The notes: generated by a model not told the origin, from the sequence alone. Shown: positions 43,019 to 54,169, numbered from the stretch's first letter. The stretch: DNA of 64,000 nucleotides from an uncultured Gammaproteobacteria bacterium (GCA_964482695.1 CAYZYP010000001.1:4143-68142); one strand, 5' to 3'. Translations and numbers: made by a program.

Positions 43019-43996
43019 ATGTTACGTTACAGTTTTATTATCCCGGTCAAAGAAATAAATGATTATATCAGAGAATCAGTGAAAAAGATTTTAGAGATAG
43101 AGCGTGATGATTATGAAATTATTATTTATCCCGATAAGATAAATAGTGAAATATGGAAAAAAACCAGGCAAATTGCTAGTGGCTTTGGCGGGCCGGCGAT
43201 GAAAAGGAGCTTGGCTTTGAAAGACGCCTTGGGAGAGATTTTAATTTTTATTGATGATGATGCTTTTCCGGAAAATAATTTTTTAGAGACGCTGGAAAAA
43301 GATTTTGTAGCTAGCCAAGTGGCGGCTGTTGGCGGGCCGGCGATTACGCCGAAAACTGACAATTTTTGGCAAAAAGTATCTGGGGCGGTATTTTTAAGTT
43401 CTTTGTCTGGTGGTTATCCGGAAAGGTACGTGCAAGTAGGCGACAAAAAATTTGTTGATGATTGGCCTAGTGTAAATTTATCAATTCGCAAAGATGTTTT
43501 TAGAGAGTTAGGCGGTTTTGATTGTAATTATTGGCCGGGTGAGGATACTAAATTGTGTTTGGATATAGTTGATAAATTACAGAAAAAGATTTTATACGAT
43601 CCTGGTTTGATTGTTTATCATCACAGAAGGCGGGGGCTGTTGAGGCATTTAAAACAAGTTGGGGGTTATGGCATACATCGTGGCTTTTTTGCCAAAAAAT
43701 TTCCTGGAAACTCGTTAAAATTTAAATATTTTCTTCCTAGCGCCTTTCTATTGTTTGTTATTATTGGAATAGGAGCAAGTTTTTTTTCATCGTTGCTGTT
43801 TAAAATATATTTATTAGGTTGGGTAATTTATTCTCTAGCTTTAACAAAAGCTTTTGTTGATATCAAAAAATACGAAAAAAACAATTTAGTAGTTTTAAAT
43901 TCATTATATTATATTTTTTTTACTCACCTTATTTACGGATTTAGATTCTTGCAAGGTTTTATTTTTACCAAGGAATTAAAAAGTAAATATAGGTAG
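43019..43996 (+). CDS. GT2 glycosyltransferase with C-terminal TMs
   Basis: 'SFIIP', 'FIDDDA', 'GGFD....GED'. Confidence 0.88.
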   Translation: MLRYSFIIPVKEINDYIRESVKKILEIERDDYEIIIYPDKINSEIWKKTRQIASGFGGPAMKRSLALKDALGEILIFIDDDAFPENNFLETLEKDFVASQVAAVGGPAITPKTDNFWQKVSGAVFLSSLSGGYPERYVQVGDKKFVDDWPSVNLSIRKDVFRELGGFDCNYWPGEDTKLCLDIVDKLQKKILYDPGLIVYHHRRRGLLRHLKQVGGYGIHRGFFAKKFPGNSLKFKYFLPSAFLLFVIIGIGASFFSSLLFKIYLLGWVIYSLALTKAFVDIKKYEKNNLVVLNSLYYIFFTHLIYGFRFLQGFIFTKELKSKYR

Positions 43997-44002
43997 TTTA
44001 AT

Positions 44003-45508
44003 ATGAAAATTTCTATCTCGTACCCACCACTAGAATCAGAAAAGGGAGTACCACTACTTTCTCAAAATCGTCAATTTCAATGGTTTAACAGTCCAACTTA
44101 TATTTATCCCATGATTCCGGCTAGCGCCGCCTCGCTTCTTAAACAAAATGGTTATGAGGTTTTTTGGGATGATGGAATTGCGGAAGGGTTAACTTATGAT
44201 GAATGGTTAAAAAGAATTATTAAAGAACAGCCAGATGTGGTAGTAATTGAAACAAAAACGCCAGTTGTTAAAAGGCATTGGCAGATTATTGATGAATTGA
44301 AGCAGAAAAGTTTAGAGATTAAAGACTGGAAATTAAAGGTTGTTTTAATGGGGGATCATGCTACGGCTATACCCGAAGAATCAATGAAAAATTGCCAGTC
44401 AGATTTTGTGATTCAAGGCGGTGATTATGATTTTATTTTGTTAAATATAGTAAACTATTTAAGCGGTAAAGAAGATTTGCGTGGTGGGGTTTGGTTTCGC
44501 GAGACCCCCCCATCTCCCCCCCTTATCAAGGGGGGGATAAAGGAGGGGTATAGATGTAAAGGTCCTTATGATCTACATAACCATTCTTTAGACGAGCTGC
44601 CAATGATTGATCGCGAGCTAACCAAATGGCAGTTATACGCTTTTAAAAATGGTAATTTTAAATATACGCCCGGTTCGTATATGATGAGCGCCAGAGATTG
44701 TTGGTGGGGAAAATGTTCATTTTGCTCTTGGACAACTCTTTTTCCAGGAGGCAATTGGCGTACGCGCTCGGCTAAAAAAGCCCTAGACGAAGTTGGGCTT
44801 TTGATTGGTCTAGGCGTTAAAGAAATTATGGAAGATAGTGGTAGTTTGCCTATTGGCGAGTGGCTAAAGGAATTTTGCCAAGGTATGATTGAAAGGGGAT
44901 ATAACAAAAAAGTGGTGATGAGTTGCAACATGCGGATAAACGGAATTAAGGATATTGAAATATGGAAATTAATGAAAAAAGCCGGATTTAGATTTGTTTT
45001 GTTTGGGTTGGAATCAGCAAACCAAAAAACTTTGGATAGGATAAATAAAAATTTAAAAGTAGAAGAGATTGAACCAGGACTTAAAATGTGCAAAGAGGCT
45101 GGTTTAGAGCCTCACATAACAGCTATGATTGGCTACCCATGGGAAAGCAAACAAGATGCCAAAAGAACCGTAGATTTGGCCAGAGATTTATTTAAAAAAG
45201 GTTATGTTGATACCCTGCAGGCAACTATTGTTATACCATACCCCGGTACGCCTTTGTATAAAGAATGTTTAGAAAATGGTTGGTTAAATTTTACTGATTA
45301 CGACCGTTTTGATCAACGCGAACAGGTGATGAAGTCGGAATTAACCACCGCGGATGTCAAAGAACTAACACAGGGGTTGTACAAATCTTTTATTACCCCC
45401 AAGTTTATTTTGCGAAAAATAATTGGCATTAAAAGCTGGAATGATGTAAAATTCTTATGGCGAGCCGGGTGGAAGGTCTTGGGACATTTGGGGGATTTTG
45501 GGAAATAA
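44003..45508 (+). CDS. B12-binding-domain radical SAM protein (HpnJ-like)
   Basis: N-terminal cobalamin-binding-like domain, CWWGKCSFC, 'FGLESANQ.TL..I.K', 'PYPGTPLY'. Confidence 0.85.
   Translation: MKISISYPPLESEKGVPLLSQNRQFQWFNSPTYIYPMIPASAASLLKQNGYEVFWDDGIAEGLTYDEWLKRIIKEQPDVVVIETKTPVVKRHWQIIDELKQKSLEIKDWKLKVVLMGDHATAIPEESMKNCQSDFVIQGGDYDFILLNIVNYLSGKEDLRGGVWFRETPPSPPLIKGGIKEGYRCKGPYDLHNHSLDELPMIDRELTKWQLYAFKNGNFKYTPGSYMMSARDCWWGKCSFCSWTTLFPGGNWRTRSAKKALDEVGLLIGLGVKEIMEDSGSLPIGEWLKEFCQGMIERGYNKKVVMSCNMRINGIKDIEIWKLMKKAGFRFVLFGLESANQKTLDRINKNLKVEEIEPGLKMCKEAGLEPHITAMIGYPWESKQDAKRTVDLARDLFKKGYVDTLQATIVIPYPGTPLYKECLENGWLNFTDYDRFDQREQVMKSELTTADVKELTQGLYKSFITPKFILRKIIGIKSWNDVKFLWRAGWKVLGHLGDFGK
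44504..44549. repeat. C/G-run palindrome in frame within the radical SAM gene
   Basis: tccccccctt-atc-aaggggggga stem (44515-44537); encodes TPPSPPLIKGGIKEG. Confidence 0.78.
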
Positions 45509-45527
45509 TCAATACAATTTGCGGTAC

Positions 45528-45556
45528 TTGACATGCGATTAGTTTTAAGGTATAAT
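45528..45556 (+). promoter_or_regulatory. Consensus sigma70 promoter of the AbiE pair
   Basis: TTGACA-N17-TATAAT exact. Confidence 0.85.
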
Positions 45557-45585
45557 TTCAATAGATTATTAAATTTAATAATTAA

Positions 45586-46206
45586 ATGAAATATCAAGAT
45601 TTTAAAAAAATCATAAATAAGCCATATTTTAGCACTTTGGATATTGTTCTCAAAGATATTAATGTATATAATTATCAATTGTCGTTGTGGCAAAAAAAGG
45701 GCTATCTTGGACACTTAAAAAGAGGACTCTATTTTTTTACTGAACAAGAAAATTTGTTTTCAATTCAAGAAATTTCTTTTTTATTGTACGATCCAAGTTA
45801 TATAAGCATGGAATCGGCGTTGAGTTATTATGGAATTATTCCTGAAATGGTGTACGCGCAAACAGCTATTTCAACAAAGACGACTCGAAAATTTTCCAAT
45901 AAATTTGGTCATTTTATATATCGCCACATTAATCCGAGATTATTTTTTGGTTACAACCCGGTTGAACTTTCGTTTGGTAAATATTTGATGGCAGATCCTG
46001 AAAAAGCGTTGCTGGATTACCTGTATCTAAATTTAGGAAAGATTAACGATGAAAATGATATAGTAGAATTAAGAATAAATTGTTTGGAATTAAAGAAAAT
46101 TATTAATATAAAGAAAATTAACGCGTATCTAAGAGAATTTAATATGCGTAAGTTAGAAAGAACAGTTAATAAATTGTTTGAGATATGCTCACATTTGGAC
46201 AATTAA
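45586..46206 (+). CDS. AbiEi-like antitoxin (type IV TA)
   Basis: 'LKRGLY', 'PSYISMESALSYYG.IPE', 'A.PEKALLDYLY'. Confidence 0.85.
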   Translation: MKYQDFKKIINKPYFSTLDIVLKDINVYNYQLSLWQKKGYLGHLKRGLYFFTEQENLFSIQEISFLLYDPSYISMESALSYYGIIPEMVYAQTAISTKTTRKFSNKFGHFIYRHINPRLFFGYNPVELSFGKYLMADPEKALLDYLYLNLGKINDENDIVELRINCLELKKIINIKKINAYLREFNMRKLERTVNKLFEICSHLDN

Positions 46207-46967
46207 AAAGATATTATCCAGACAGCGTAAATATTCCGTCAAAAAATTTATTGGTGGAATATTTGCAATATGAAATTCTTGATTCATTGTATAAACAAAA
46301 AGAAAGCGCGTATTTGAGCTTTATTGGTGGAACCGCGATTCGTATCGTGTATGGAGGTAATCGTTTTTCCGAAGATTTGGATTTTGATAATTTTGGTTTA
46401 TCTTTTGCTGATTTTCAACATTTGATGGATAAAATTGTGGAAGACATGAAAATCAAGGGTTTTTTAATGGACGCGCGCTTAGTGCAAAAAGGCGCGTATC
46501 ATTGTTATATTCGTTTTCCACATATTCTGCAAGCCGCTAATTTGAGCGATATAAAAGGGGAAAAAATATTGGTAAGGGTAGATGCTACGTGGAAAGAAAA
46601 AATATTAGAGCCTGTTTTTTATACGCTAAATAGGTTTGATATTTATCGCAATATACTTGTAAATCCGGAAAATATAATTCTTTCTCAAAAAATGATGGCG
46701 ATACTTGGTCGTAAAAGAGAAAAAGGGCGAGATTTTTTTGATGTCAGCTATTTGTACGGGATGACAAAACCAGACTTTTCATATATTGAAAAGATTATGG
46801 GTATTTCTAGAGAGGAATTTGTTGCTAACTTGCTCGCGAAATGCGACGCGTTGGATTTTAAATCTCTCGCGAAAGATGTTGAACCATTTTTAATGAACCC
46901 AGAACAAATTAGCAGGGTATTGGGTTTTAGAGAATTTATTTACGAAATGAGTAAGAGAGGTATTTAA
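46185..46967 (+). CDS. AbiEii/AbiGii nucleotidyltransferase toxin
   Basis: 'F.GGTA.R..YG..RFSEDLDF', 'K..A...R', 'RDFFD'. Confidence 0.88.
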   Translation: MLTFGQLKRYYPDSVNIPSKNLLVEYLQYEILDSLYKQKESAYLSFIGGTAIRIVYGGNRFSEDLDFDNFGLSFADFQHLMDKIVEDMKIKGFLMDARLVQKGAYHCYIRFPHILQAANLSDIKGEKILVRVDATWKEKILEPVFYTLNRFDIYRNILVNPENIILSQKMMAILGRKREKGRDFFDVSYLYGMTKPDFSYIEKIMGISREEFVANLLAKCDALDFKSLAKDVEPFLMNPEQISRVLGFREFIYEMSKRGI

Positions 46968-47188
46968 TGCCTTTTCAAAAAGATATTAAAATGTTAGTTG
47001 AAATTCAAAAAGTGAATAGTAAAATTAGCGTTAATATTTACTATCAATATAAATTAATTATCAATGTATAATTAGATATATCTTTTTAAGCAGTTAATGT
47101 CTAAAAAGTAATATATTTTTATGAAAAGGTGCTGAGTCAGATATAAATTTTGTTAGAAGCTCGCCCCCCCCTGATAATTTTTATTAAT

Positions 47189-48010
47189 ATGAACCCATTA
47201 GTTTCGGTAATCATCACCACCAAAAACGAAGAGAAAAATTTAGAGAATTGTTTAAAATCAATTAAGGCGCAGACCTATAGTCCAGATAAGATAGAAATTA
47301 TCGTGGTTGACAATGATTCTAGCGATACAACCAAAGAAATCGCGTTACAATATACTCAATTAGTATTTAACAAAGGGCCAGAGCGATCAGCGCAGAGAAA
47401 TTATGGTGTTGAGAAAAGTAGTGGAAAATATTTTTTGTATTTAGACGCCGACATGATTTTAAGCGAGAAAGTTGTTGCGGAATGCGTGGAAAAAATGGAA
47501 GCAGATAGTGATTTGGTTGGCCTATATATTCCAGAAATAATCATGGGTGATAGTTTCTGGTGCAAGGTACGGCGGTTTGAAAGGGTATTTTATAATGGGA
47601 CGGTGATAGACTGTGTACGATTTATAAGAAAAGACAAATTTATAGAAGTAGGTATGTTTGATTTGTCTATGACTGGACCAGAGGATTGGGATTTGGATAA
47701 AAAATTAAGAAATAAAGGCAAGGTTGAATTAATAACAGAAAAGTTGTATCATAATGAAATAGAATTTAATTTAAGAAAATATTTATCTAAAAAGAGTTAT
47801 TACGCGAAAAGTTTTGAGACATATATTAGAAAATGGGGGAAAGATGATAAAGATGTAAAAAAGCAGTTTGGTTTTTACTATAGATTTATAGGAGTTTTTA
47901 TAGAGAAAGGGAAGTGGAAAAAATTATTTTTTCATCCCATTTTAACTCTAGGCATGTATTTCTTAAGGGGGTTGGTGGGTATTAGGTATTTGTTTAATTT
48001 TTTATATTAA
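47189..48010 (+). CDS. GT2 glycosyltransferase
   Basis: 'VSVII.TKNEE', 'VVDN.S.D', 'ERS.QRN.G', 'LDADM', 'EDWD'. Confidence 0.9.
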   Translation: MNPLVSVIITTKNEEKNLENCLKSIKAQTYSPDKIEIIVVDNDSSDTTKEIALQYTQLVFNKGPERSAQRNYGVEKSSGKYFLYLDADMILSEKVVAECVEKMEADSDLVGLYIPEIIMGDSFWCKVRRFERVFYNGTVIDCVRFIRKDKFIEVGMFDLSMTGPEDWDLDKKLRNKGKVELITEKLYHNEIEFNLRKYLSKKSYYAKSFETYIRKWGKDDKDVKKQFGFYYRFIGVFIEKGKWKKLFFHPILTLGMYFLRGLVGIRYLFNFLY

Positions 48011-48069
48011 CATATAAATTAATTTGTTTAGAAAATAAAAAATTTATTTCTCCCTCACTAATTTAAAGT

Positions 48070-49113
48070 ATGAAAAAAGCTCTCATAACCGGCGTCACAG
48101 GTCAGGATGGTTCATATTTAGCGGAACTTCTTTTAGAGAAGGGCTATAAAGTGTATGGCTTGCAACGCAAGGTAAGTACTTTTAATACGGAACGTATAGA
48201 TCATTTTTATGATAAGCCGGGGTATGAAAATTTTCTAGGTATATATGGCGACTTAACCGACGCTAGTAGTATTAGTCGAATTATTGAAAAAGTTGAACCA
48301 GACGAGATATATCACCTAGGAGCGCAGAGTCATGTACGAGTTAGTTTTGATATCCCCGAATACACGGTAAATGTTGATGCGTTGGGCACTCTTAGGATAT
48401 TAGACGCAATTAAGGAAAGTGGTATTAGAACTAAATTTTATCAAGCATCTTCTTCCGAGATGTTTGGTAAAGCACAAGAAGTGCCACAAAAAGAAACCAC
48501 ACCGTTTTATCCTCGCAGTCCTTACGCTTGCGCCAAAGTTTTTGCTTATTGGATTACTCAAAATTACCGTGAAGCATATAATCTTTTTGCTTGTAATGGT
48601 ATTTTATTTAACCATGAATCACCGCGGCGTGGTGAAACTTTTGTCACTAGAAAAGTAACCCGTGGTTTGTCTAGAATAAAGTTAGGTTTAGATAAAATTT
48701 TAAAATTGGGCAATTTGAATGCTAAAAGAGATTGGGGGTATGCTCCAGAATATGTGGAAGCTATGTGGTTAATGTTGCAACAAAACGAACCAGATGATTA
48801 TGTAATAGCCACAAATGAGAGCCATACTGTTAGAGAATTTATCGAAGAGGCCGCTAAATTATTTGATATATCTTTGGAATGGCAGGGCCATGGGTTGAAT
48901 GAAAAGGGGGTAGACAAAAAAACGAATAAAATAATAGTAGAAATCGATCCTAAATATTTTCGTCCAGCCGAGGTGGACATATTAATAGGTGACTATTCTA
49001 AAGCCAGAACAAAACTAGATTGGGAACCAAAAGTAAAATTTAAAGAGTTGGTAAAGATTATGGTTAAAGCCGATTATGAAAAAGAAAAGCGTTCCTTTAT
49101 TCCTGTTAAATAA
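48070..49113 (+). CDS. gmd: GDP-mannose 4,6-dehydratase
   Basis: '[14 protein letters not shown]', 'AQSHV', 'PRSPYACAK', 'NHESPRRG', 'RDWG'. Confidence 0.96.
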   Translation: MKKALITGVTGQDGSYLAELLLEKGYKVYGLQRKVSTFNTERIDHFYDKPGYENFLGIYGDLTDASSISRIIEKVEPDEIYHLGAQSHVRVSFDIPEYTVNVDALGTLRILDAIKESGIRTKFYQASSSEMFGKAQEVPQKETTPFYPRSPYACAKVFAYWITQNYREAYNLFACNGILFNHESPRRGETFVTRKVTRGLSRIKLGLDKILKLGNLNAKRDWGYAPEYVEAMWLMLQQNEPDDYVIATNESHTVREFIEEAAKLFDISLEWQGHGLNEKGVDKKTNKIIVEIDPKYFRPAEVDILIGDYSKARTKLDWEPKVKFKELVKIMVKADYEKEKRSFIPVK

Positions 49114-49249
49114 AAGAAAGAATATCTTTGGTTTGGCTAAGGTGTTCTTTTTGAAGTGTTATAACCACTCGAAAATAATAATTTTATAGTATTAATTAAA
49201 AGAATTTTAAATTGCGAGTAAATTAAAATGTTATTTGTCTGTGAAATTT

Positions 49250-50473
49250 ATGAATGTAGAACTGGATAAAAAAAATTTTGATATATTATTTCTCTCTATT
49301 TATGAATCGCCTACGTTGACTAATGTGAGAAATTATATATTATCAAAAACACAATCAAAATTTGATTTTATGATTTTTGGATTATTGGCGAATAAAAACA
49401 ATAAAACATATAAAGACGTTTATTTCGTCAGATCAAATGGAGAGAAAATAAATAAAAGTGCTTCTTATAAATTTTGTCTAAAGACCCCATTTTTAGAATT
49501 GTTCCAATTTTTTTCTCAATTAAAAGTTTTTTTTGTTCTTTTAAAAATTATCAAGAATAAAAAATATGATATTTGTATTGCTCAAACACCAACTCTCGCT
49601 GTCTTGGGATTGCTTCTAAAGAAAATTGGTAAATGTAAAATGACCATTGCCCACGTTACCGATATTTATAATGAAGAAAATAAGGGTTTTATAAATAATA
49701 TTTTAATTTCAGTGCAAAAATTGTTACGTAGGATAGCCTATAAAAACGATTTTATTTGGTATCAACATGAAGGTGTAAAAAAATGGGATGAAAAACGTGG
49801 TTTTGTAACAAATAATTTTTTTATCGAAGGAGAGTCGTTCGATTTTGAAGAAGTTCAGCGAAGTCTAGGTGTTAAAAAAAAGACAAATCAAGTTTGTTAT
49901 GTTGGGAGAATGGATAAATATTCGGGGTTAGACATCGCTATAAAAAGTATTAAGTTGATAAGGGACAAAATACCGGATATTTTTTTAGCGGTAATAGGTG
50001 GGTATTTAGAGAAAGATATTATTTATTATAAAAAATTAGCTAATCAGGAGGGGGTTTCCGACGCGGTTAAATTTTTTGGGTATATTCCCGATAAAAATGA
50101 TGTAAAAAAAATTATAGCAGAGTCTGTATTAGGGTTCGCTATATATAGTCCTGATAAAAAAAATGGTGTGTTATATACTATCCCCGGCAAAGTTTTAGAT
50201 TATTTACAAGCAGGAGTTCCTGTAGTAATAACCAAACAAGGGCCCCAAGTAAAAGATGAAATTAATAAGTATAATGCAGGAATTTTAGTAGAATACGATA
50301 CCAAAGATATAGTAAATAAAGTGACTAATGTACTACTGCAAAAGGATAAATTAAAGGAATTACAAGACGGGGTTTTAAAATTGACGTGCAATTTAGGCCA
50401 TGATAAGATACAGCTAAAATTATATAATAAATTTGTTGAGGTATATGGTAATTTTGCCAAGATTAAAGATTGA
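49250..50473 (+). CDS. GT4 glycosyltransferase
   Basis: 'YVGRM...SG', 'PGKV.DYL.AG.PVV'. Confidence 0.8.
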   Translation: MNVELDKKNFDILFLSIYESPTLTNVRNYILSKTQSKFDFMIFGLLANKNNKTYKDVYFVRSNGEKINKSASYKFCLKTPFLELFQFFSQLKVFFVLLKIIKNKKYDICIAQTPTLAVLGLLLKKIGKCKMTIAHVTDIYNEENKGFINNILISVQKLLRRIAYKNDFIWYQHEGVKKWDEKRGFVTNNFFIEGESFDFEEVQRSLGVKKKTNQVCYVGRMDKYSGLDIAIKSIKLIRDKIPDIFLAVIGGYLEKDIIYYKKLANQEGVSDAVKFFGYIPDKNDVKKIIAESVLGFAIYSPDKKNGVLYTIPGKVLDYLQAGVPVVITKQGPQVKDEINKYNAGILVEYDTKDIVNKVTNVLLQKDKLKELQDGVLKLTCNLGHDKIQLKLYNKFVEVYGNFAKIKD

Positions 50474-50510
50474 AGATTAAAAAATATAAATAATTTTAAT
50501 AAAAAATTAT

Positions 50511-51686
50511 ATGGTGGCACAGCGTGCGTCGTGGAAATTACAAGAAAGTATTTTAGAACAAAATGATTTTGAGGATTTAATAAAATTTGTTAAAGCAACC
50601 GACCAATTTACCCAATCTGTTAAAGTTAGGGAATTTGAAACAAAGTTTGCCGAATGGCAAGGATGCGAGTATTGTGTTTATGTCAATTCTGGCAGCTCGG
50701 CCAATTTATTGTTGATTAATTCTTGGAAAACATTAAGGGGTTGGTCGTTCCAAGATGAGATAATTGTTCCAGCTGTTACTTGGCCAACTAATGTTACTCC
50801 AGTAATACAAAGTAATCTTACTCCAATTTTTGTTGATGTAAATTTAGATGATTTATCTTTTGATTATAAACAATTAAGTAGTTCTATAACGGCAAAAACA
50901 AAGGCAATTTTTATAACACACCTGTTGGGGTTTCCAGCCGATATTAATAAGATAAAAGAAATTATCGGCGATCGAGATATAATAATTTTAGAAGATTGTT
51001 GTGAATCAATGGGCGCCCAAATTAAAAATGTGAAAGTAGGTAATTTTGGTTCTGGTGGAACCTTTAGTTTTTTTTGGGGTCACCACATGACTACCGTTGA
51101 AGGCGGCATGATTTGTACAGATGACGAAGAGCTTTATAAAATGTTGTTATTGAAACGTTCTCACGGGTTGGCTCGAGAGTTGCCCAAAGAGTATCACGAA
51201 GAAATAAAAAAACGTTATTCCGATATAGATTTTAAATTTTTATTTTTAACAGATGGTTTTAATGTGCGAAACACAGAATTGCACGCTGCCATAGGGCTAG
51301 CTCAATTAACGAAAATTGATGGTTTTATCAAAAAAAGAAATGAAAATTATGGATTATTTTTGGATATTTGCTCTGACTATGATAATTTAATTTTAATTAA
51401 AAAAGAAGGCACATCATCTTTTGCCCTACCTTTTGTTTTTAAAGAAAAATCAAAAAAGGAGGAATTCGAAAAATATATTATAGAAAAAGGAATAGAAGCC
51501 AGGCCTCTTATTAGCGGGAATCTTTTGCGACAGCCATTTTTGAAAGAATATTACAACCCAGCACGTTTCCAAAATGCAGATTTTTTACATATGAATTCTT
51601 TCTATATAGGGAATAATCAATTTGTAAATAAAGATAGATTGGCTATCCTAGACTCTTTAATGAAAACATTTTTTAGTAAATCATGA
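50511..51686 (+). CDS. colD: GDP-4-keto-6-deoxymannose 3-dehydratase (ColD-like, DegT family)
   Basis: 'VNSGSSANLL', 'EDCCES.GA', 'SFFWGHHMTTVEGG' has His where aminotransferases have the PLP Lys. Confidence 0.75.
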   Translation: MVAQRASWKLQESILEQNDFEDLIKFVKATDQFTQSVKVREFETKFAEWQGCEYCVYVNSGSSANLLLINSWKTLRGWSFQDEIIVPAVTWPTNVTPVIQSNLTPIFVDVNLDDLSFDYKQLSSSITAKTKAIFITHLLGFPADINKIKEIIGDRDIIILEDCCESMGAQIKNVKVGNFGSGGTFSFFWGHHMTTVEGGMICTDDEELYKMLLLKRSHGLARELPKEYHEEIKKRYSDIDFKFLFLTDGFNVRNTELHAAIGLAQLTKIDGFIKKRNENYGLFLDICSDYDNLILIKKEGTSSFALPFVFKEKSKKEEFEKYIIEKGIEARPLISGNLLRQPFLKEYYNPARFQNADFLHMNSFYIGNNQFVNKDRLAILDSLMKTFFSKS

Positions 51687-51704
51687 TTAATAAAATCATC
51701 AATT

Positions 51705-52643
51705 ATGAATAAAAAAATTAAAATTTTTGTTGCCGGCGGTACAGGTTTTTTAGGTAAGAGAATTATTAACAAATTAGAGAGTATCGGACATAATTATTGT
51801 TCAACTTCTTTGAGCCAAGGGGTTGATTTTCGCGATCTAAGGCAGGTAATTAATTATTTTGAAAAAGAAAAACCGGAAATAGTGATTAATTGCGCGGCTT
51901 GTGTTGGAGGCATACAATTTGTCGCGGAACATGAAGGAGAAATATATTTTAATAATATTTTAATTAGCGCCAATCTAATTGAGTGCGCAAGAAGATTCAA
52001 GGTGCAAAAATTTATCAATCCAATTTCTAATTGTTCTTATCCCGATGTTTTAGAAAAGGATTTCAAAGAATCTGAATGGTGGAACGGACCGCTTCATCCT
52101 TCTGTGCTGGTTTACGGATTTGTTAAGAAAGCAATTTGGGTTCAAGCTAATGCTTATTACAATCAATACAGAATGAAATTTTTGAATTTTATTATTCCCA
52201 ACATGTATGGACCGGAGGATCATTTTGACGAATTTCGTTCGCATGCTTTGGGGGCTTTAATAACAAAAATAGTTAAGGCTAAGGAAATAAAATTGCCAAA
52301 AGTAATAGTTTGGGGGACAGGCAAACCGATTAGGGAGTGGCTATATGTGGATGATTGTGTAGAAGTTTTTACCAAGGCTCTAGACATGGAGCCGATGATT
52401 GAACCAATAAATATTGGGCAAGGAAAAGGTATCACTATTAAGAATATGGCAGAAATGATAAAGAGAGTTGTAAATTATGAAGGAGAATTGGTTTTTGATG
52501 ATTCTAGACCAGACGGCGCGCCACGCAAAGTAATGAATATAGATAAAATGGAAAAAATATTTAATTGGCTGCCGCCAACTAAATTAGAAGATGGTATTAA
52601 AAATACAGTGGATTGGTATTATAAAAATCATATTAATAAATAG
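51705..52643 (+). CDS. GDP-L-fucose synthase/ColC-like epimerase-reductase
   Basis: 'AA.VGGI', 'CSYP', YGFVK, 'N.YGP.D.F', 'WGTG.P.RE.LYVDD', 'PDG.PRK'. Confidence 0.88.
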   Translation: MNKKIKIFVAGGTGFLGKRIINKLESIGHNYCSTSLSQGVDFRDLRQVINYFEKEKPEIVINCAACVGGIQFVAEHEGEIYFNNILISANLIECARRFKVQKFINPISNCSYPDVLEKDFKESEWWNGPLHPSVLVYGFVKKAIWVQANAYYNQYRMKFLNFIIPNMYGPEDHFDEFRSHALGALITKIVKAKEIKLPKVIVWGTGKPIREWLYVDDCVEVFTKALDMEPMIEPINIGQGKGITIKNMAEMIKRVVNYEGELVFDDSRPDGAPRKVMNIDKMEKIFNWLPPTKLEDGIKNTVDWYYKNHINK

Positions 52644-52647
52644 TTTT

Positions 52648-53064
52648 ATGCATGCGCATGAAAAATTAATTGAAGATCGGGGGGTGATAATAGCCAAAGT
52701 AATCAAAAATCATGAATGGCCAAAAAATTTAAAATTTTACTCAACAGAAGATGATTTTTTGCAAGTAGCAACTTGGAATTATAATTCCGGCAAACATTTG
52801 AAGGCACATGGTCATAAAATATGTGAAAGAGTTTCAAACAGGACTAATGAGTTATTATTTATTAAACAAGGTAAGCTTAAAATATATTTTTACAACGGCC
52901 GAAACAAACTAATTGCTGAAGTAGTAATAAAGACAGGTGATATGGTGGTAGTTTATGCTGGAGGCCATGCTTATGATATTTTGGAAGATTATACCCAGGT
53001 TTTAGAAGTAAAAAACGGTCCTTATCCTGGTTTAGAACTAGATAAAAAGGTAATAGAAAAATAA
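52648..53064 (+). CDS. WbuC-like cupin
   Basis: 'AH.H', 'E.L....G', 'GGH', 'EVK.GPY'; start ATG 52648. Confidence 0.7.
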   Translation: MHAHEKLIEDRGVIIAKVIKNHEWPKNLKFYSTEDDFLQVATWNYNSGKHLKAHGHKICERVSNRTNELLFIKQGKLKIYFYNGRNKLIAEVVIKTGDMVVVYAGGHAYDILEDYTQVLEVKNGPYPGLELDKKVIEK

Positions 53065-53074
53065 AGATTAATGT

Positions 53075-54169
53075 ATGCTAGAGTTAAAGCAAAAATTTTT
53101 TAACCAGATGGAACCATGGTATGGTGAAGAAGAAATACAAGCAGTTACTGATTATTTGCGTGGTGGCGGTTGGATTATGGAATTTAAAAAGACCAAAGAA
53201 TTTGAAAGAATGATTTGTGAATTTACTGGCGCTAAATATTGCAGTGTAGTCAGTAATGGCACTGTAAGTTTGTTTATCGCTCTTAAAGCTATTTGTTTGG
53301 AGCAGGGCGACGAAGTGATAGTACCAGATTATACCATGATAGCTACTCCCAACGCTGTGCTTTTGGCTGGTGGCAAACCAATTTTTGTTGATGTTGATGA
53401 TAGTGTGTGTTTGGATGTAGAAAAAGTAAATAAAGCAATCACCAGTAGAACAAAAGTTGTTTTTCACGTAAGTATTAATGGCCGAGCTGGGAGGCTGAAA
53501 GAATTGAAAGAATTATGTGATAGAAAAAATGTTATTTTATTAGAAGATGCCGCCCAAGCAATTGGTTCGTTTTACCAAGGCAAACATTTAGGTCGTTTTG
53601 GAGCTATTGGTAGTTTTTCATTTAGTGTTCCTAAAATTATTACTACTGGTCAAGGTGGGGCTTTAATTACCGATGACGAACAATTATATAAAAAAATTTG
53701 TAAAATTAGAGATTTTGGTCGTATTAGTGGGGGGGTGGATATTCATGACGAAGTAGGTTGGAATTTTAAGTTTACTGATTTACAGGCTGTTTTTGGCATA
53801 GAACAAATAAAAAAAATATCAGATAGAATAGAAAGAAGAAAAAAAATATACCGTTTATATCAACAAGAGTTAGGTGGTATGGAACAGATAAGATTTATTA
53901 AAAATGATTTTAATGAAACTACCCCCTGGTTTGTGGAAATTTTAGTAAAAGAACCGAGCAAATTGCAGAATTATTTAAAAGAACATGGCATTAGTAGCCG
54001 ACCTTTTTACCCAGCTATCCACACCCAAAAGATATATAGTTATGTTCAAGGGGATTTTGCCAAGGCATCATATTTTGGCACTCATGGTTTGTGGTTGCCT
54101 TCGGCAAGCCAAATAACAAATGAGGAGGTAAAATATATTTGCAATTGGATAAAATCATTTTATGGTTAA
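53075..54169 (+). CDS. DegT/DnrJ aminotransferase (perosamine synthase-like)
   Basis: 'SNGT', 'EDAAQA.G', '[13 protein letters not shown]' with the catalytic Lys, 'GLWLPS'. Confidence 0.85.
   Translation: MLELKQKFFNQMEPWYGEEEIQAVTDYLRGGGWIMEFKKTKEFERMICEFTGAKYCSVVSNGTVSLFIALKAICLEQGDEVIVPDYTMIATPNAVLLAGGKPIFVDVDDSVCLDVEKVNKAITSRTKVVFHVSINGRAGRLKELKELCDRKNVILLEDAAQAIGSFYQGKHLGRFGAIGSFSFSVPKIITTGQGGALITDDEQLYKKICKIRDFGRISGGVDIHDEVGWNFKFTDLQAVFGIEQIKKISDRIERRKKIYRLYQQELGGMEQIRFIKNDFNETTPWFVEILVKEPSKLQNYLKEHGISSRPFYPAIHTQKIYSYVQGDFAKASYFGTHGLWLPSASQITNEEVKYICNWIKSFYG

Noticed and set aside
46967-47071. 34-codon ORF after abiEii
   Set aside because: Short, AT-rich and without motifs; cannot be supported.
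47164-47171. C8 tract upstream of a glycosyltransferase as a phase-variation switch
   Set aside because: It lies outside the likely CDS (ATG 47189) and not in a recognisable promoter spacer; too weak to call.
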